Below are positions 61,101 through 64,000 of a DNA stretch of 64,000 nt, in pieces. The notes beneath the pieces are model-generated. The model searched no databases. It was not told the origin of the DNA and worked only from the letters and a program-made list of their open reading frames with translations. Origin of the DNA: Candidatus Bathyarchaeota archaeon. Lineage in GTDB: Archaea; Thermoproteota; Bathyarchaeia; Bathyarchaeales; Bathycorpusculaceae. Every line of letters starts with the position of its first letter. The first letter of the stretch is position 1. The position numbers and the translations under genes were made by a program. Location of the stretch: assembly GCA_963767735.1 (NCBI GenBank), contig CAVYES010000002.1, positions 96,001 to 160,000 on the forward strand, in the 5' to 3' direction.

Positions 61101-61592
61101 CTATACTGTTTCTTTTGTAACGTTTGCTGTAGACGACTTTTCTTTTTGCCTCTCTTGGGAATTTTGGTTTAATGCGTATCCAACAGCGAGACCGGCAAGC
61201 CCAACGCAAAACGACATCCAAAAGATGGATAGTGTCCCTTGGATCACGAACGAGTAGAGAATATTCATGTTAGATCCAGCGGGAGTTATGAACAGATTCG
61301 CAAACGGCCCAAAACCAATAAAGTATCCTACTACACTCCCAAGCAGCAAGGAAATTAGTACAGCTTTGAGATTTGTAGCTATATCAGTTCTTTTCCCGAG
61401 CCAGTAGAAAGTGATGAAAAGAACCAATGGAACAACGGTTATAACTCCGTCAAGGAACTTGAGCCAATTTGTAAGAGCTTGGAAACCACTTGCGTTAGTG
61501 TGAACTTGCAAATACTGACTATAGCCGAATAGAAAACCAATGATCAGGGAGAAAACAAGAACTCCGCCAAATATCCTCCAGTTGAAATTCAT
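61101..61592 (-). CDS. Hypothetical four-TM membrane protein
   Basis: Four hydrophobic helices; GGTGA RBS-like site upstream. Confidence 0.75.
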   Translation of the reverse strand: MNFNWRIFGGVLVFSLIIGFLFGYSQYLQVHTNASGFQALTNWLKFLDGVITVVPLVLFITFYWLGKRTDIATNLKAVLISLLLGSVVGYFIGFGPFANLFITPAGSNMNILYSFVIQGTLSIFWMSFCVGLAGLAVGYALNQNSQERQKEKSSTANVTKETV

Positions 61593-61697
61593 GTCCTAAT
61601 CACCAACATTGCTTTCTGTTGAATTTCTTAATAAAATTTTGCTACTGTCACAAAGGCTGCGCTTATGGCTTAACCAAAACTATGAACTAACCCGAAT

Positions 61698-62362
61698 TTG
61701 GAGAAAACAAAAACTATGGAACTAGACTACGACGTAGACGTCAAGGCTAGTCTTGATGACCTAAGGAAAACAGGCATCATTGAAGGTCAAGCGATTGACT
61801 CTTCAGTTAATAAGAATCGTTGGCAGGTTCCGGACGAGGACTTGGATTATTTTGCTTATCACTTAAGGATGCACAGGTTCGGATTAATCACGGCGAAAAA
61901 GTTGGAACCATTAAGGGTTTAGTCACTAAGACTAAACGTTTGGGCGATTCTGTCTTTTTTGAAGCTGAAGTATCCGGCGACCCGTTGCTTTTGACGCAGA
62001 TTGAAAAGAACCATTTGCGCATGGTTAGCCCGAAAGTGGGTTCGGATAACATCGTTTGTAGTCTGTGCCAGGGTAAGATCAGGGATGCTAACATGGCAAT
62101 GGTTCACCTATGCGCGGGTGCCTGGGAGATTGTGCATAAACCTCGTTGTGTCGAGCTAAGCATCGTTGCGGAGGGAGCGTATGAAAATAATCTTTTTCAT
62201 TTGAAAGGGTTCGCGGCGGCTATGGACGAATCACAGCACAAAGCACTGATTGCTTCCATCTGCGAATGCACGGATAAGGCGAAGTGCCCTTGCGGAATTA
62301 AGTCGCTAAAGTCACAGGTACGGTCCGACCATCACGGACTTAACCAACAGAAAAAGATCTAA
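61698..62362 (+). pseudogene. Frameshifted HK97-type prohead protease
   Basis: IIEGQAIDSSVNKNRWQV, then frameshift near 61858 to VRINHG...VFFEAEV...RMVSP...CSLC...HLC...ELSIVAEGAYEN. Confidence 0.7.
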
Positions 62363-62422
62363 AATTTCAACCGTGACAACTTTTATCTAGCAGAGGCAAC
62401 ATTTGTTTTTTGGTGACGTTTT

Positions 62423-62863
62423 ATGAAAGATTTATCAATAAAGAGCCCGGCGTTTGAACACAATAAGCTTATTCCTAAAAAATACACTTGCGACGGACTA
62501 AGTATCAATCCCGCCCTAACTATCGAGGGCATTCCTGAGGAAGCGAAAACGCTTGTTCTAATAGTTGATGACCCTGATGCGCCAAGTGGCACGTTTGATC
62601 ACTGGGTTGTCTGGAACATTCCCGCCTCAACGGGTAAGATAGGTGAAAACTCAGTGCCGGGAATGGAAGGTATGAACGGGGCAAGACAAATGGGGTATTT
62701 TGGTCCCTGCCCAACGTCGGGCACGCATAGATATTTCTTTAAGGTTTACGCTTTGGACACAGAACTCGGTTTAGGAGTCGGCTCAAAAAAGAAAGATGTT
62801 GAAAAAGCCATACAAGGCCATATTCTTGCCAAGGGCGAATTAATCGGACTCTATAGTCGGTAA
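62423..62863 (+). CDS. YbhB/YbcL (PEBP) family protein
   Basis: YTCDG, DDPDAP, HWVVWNI, GPCP..G.HRYFFKVYALD. Confidence 0.93.
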   Translation: MKDLSIKSPAFEHNKLIPKKYTCDGLSINPALTIEGIPEEAKTLVLIVDDPDAPSGTFDHWVVWNIPASTGKIGENSVPGMEGMNGARQMGYFGPCPTSGTHRYFFKVYALDTELGLGVGSKKKDVEKAIQGHILAKGELIGLYSR

Positions 62864-62982
62864 ATTGCTTGGAAAAGTTTGAAGCAGTTGAAATGTAGGT
62901 TCAGGCTGTTGGTTTTTCTTTTTGTTCTATTAGCGATACCTATTCAAATGTTAGGTTGTTTAATGATTATTGTAGCAGTTGG

Positions 62983-64000
62983 TTGAGTCCTTTGAACCGC
63001 AAATTCGCTATATTGGCTGCAGTGTTGCTTATCGTGTTGATTTCTGCAGCGCTTTTTTTAACGGCTAACGTGGCTAGCAAGCAAACTTCAACTAGGCCAT
63101 TTTATGTAGGCGTCGAATTTGCATATGGCAATCAATTCAGTCAACTGAAAGCCTTAGTAGATCAGGTTAAGGATTACACGAATCTCTTTGTTATAGGCTC
63201 AGTTGGTTTAACATTCAACAGAACAGCTTTAGATGAATCCTGCGATTACATTTTTAACTCGGGATTAAATTTCATCGTTTTATTCACTTCTTTTACCATG
63301 TATAACGCTACGAACGGTTGGGTTGGTTATACCATTTTTGATTGGATTGTGGATGCAAGGCAAAAGTATGGTGACCAGTTCTTGGGTATTTACAGGTTTG
63401 ATGAGCCGGGGGGAAATCAACTGGACAAGGGCACGTCCATGCTTATCAATAACACCAGCACTTTTAGTTACCCTGATGACCCCACCGGTTACACTGAAGT
63501 AAGCGAAGGCTATGTTGGCAACTTAACAGCCATGTTGGACAATTATTTTATCCATACGAACTATACGACTAAAATATTCACTGCGGACTATGGGCTCTAC
63601 TGGTTTGATTACGATTCAGGGTATAACACTGTTTTGGCTGAGTTTGTGGGAAACCAAAGCAGGCAAAGCATTATCGCACTTGACAGAGGCGCCGCACAAT
63701 CTTTCAACAAGTCTTGGGGAGTTATAATTAATTGGAAGTATGACAAGGCACCTTACCTTGAGGACAGCGCGGAATTATATGCTGACCTATCGTTGGCTTA
63801 CACCGCTGGAGCCACTTATGCTATAGTTTTCAGCTATCCTAACCTCAACACGACTTCCACTTACGGCACGTTAACACTGAAAGATTTAGAAGCTTTACAA
63901 AACTTCTGGACCGCCATCCATACCCATCCAGGCAGTTTTCCTTCCAGCTCCGCCGAGGTGGCGTATGTTGTGCCTGCGGATTTCGGGTTTGGCTTTCGCA
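62983..64000 (+). CDS. Membrane-anchored hypothetical protein, possible glycoside-hydrolase-like TIM barrel (truncated by window end)
   Basis: Manual translation: N-terminal TM, FYVGVEFAYG...LVDQVKDYTNLFVIGS...GIYRFDEPGGNQLD...DYGLYWFDY; frame open to the window end. Confidence 0.75.
   Translation, partial: MSPLNRKFAILAAVLLIVLISAALFLTANVASKQTSTRPFYVGVEFAYGNQFSQLKALVDQVKDYTNLFVIGSVGLTFNRTALDESCDYIFNSGLNFIVLFTSFTMYNATNGWVGYTIFDWIVDARQKYGDQFLGIYRFDEPGGNQLDKGTSMLINNTSTFSYPDDPTGYTEVSEGYVGNLTAMLDNYFIHTNYTTKIFTADYGLYWFDYDSGYNTVLAEFVGNQSRQSIIALDRGAAQSFNKSWGVIINWKYDKAPYLEDSAELYADLSLAYTAGATYAIVFSYPNLNTTSTYGTLTLKDLEALQNFWTAIHTHPGSFPSSSAEVAYVVPADFGFGFR

Noticed and set aside
1-64000. tRNA, rRNA, integrase or transposase genes
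   Set aside because: No T-loop/cloverleaf, rRNA-like segment or recombinase/transposase motif recognised by eye; tRNAscan-SE and Infernal would be needed to exclude them formally.

Overview
Archaeal chromosomal segment, most consistent with Bathyarchaeia (TACK/Thermoproteota). This placement is inferred from gene content (aIF-1A/RIO1/Dim2 operon, aIF-2beta, CdvB/Snf7 paralog, PolB3, archaeal DnaG, DGGGP synthase, large PQQ-repeat surface protein, frequent TTG/GTG starts), not from a database search. Housekeeping genes alternate with accessory modules: a Mo-hydroxylase cluster (coxM/S/L-like, xdhC, mocA), cytochrome bd (cydAB) followed by a frameshifted long-chain-type prenyl synthase, an orphan CheB-CheR-PAS-histidine kinase fusion, four ABC systems and several surface proteins. 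The most notable observations are: (1) a stand-alone NurA-HerA pair facing a DUF2400/HhH-like + PD-(D/E)XK nuclease fusion, sharing a palindrome-packed divergent promoter with a wHTH gene (candidate defence/repair system); (2) a fossil tailed-virus head module (portal, HPNCxC head protein, prohead protease) interrupted by intact host-type genes on the opposite strand; (3) three copies of a 39-bp quasi-palindromic element, two of which bracket the Mo-hydroxylase cluster, plus two other dispersed intergenic repeats; (4) a PolB with a degenerate proofreading site; (5) dnaG with an apparent ACG start. No tRNA, rRNA, CRISPR array or transposase was recognised by eye.
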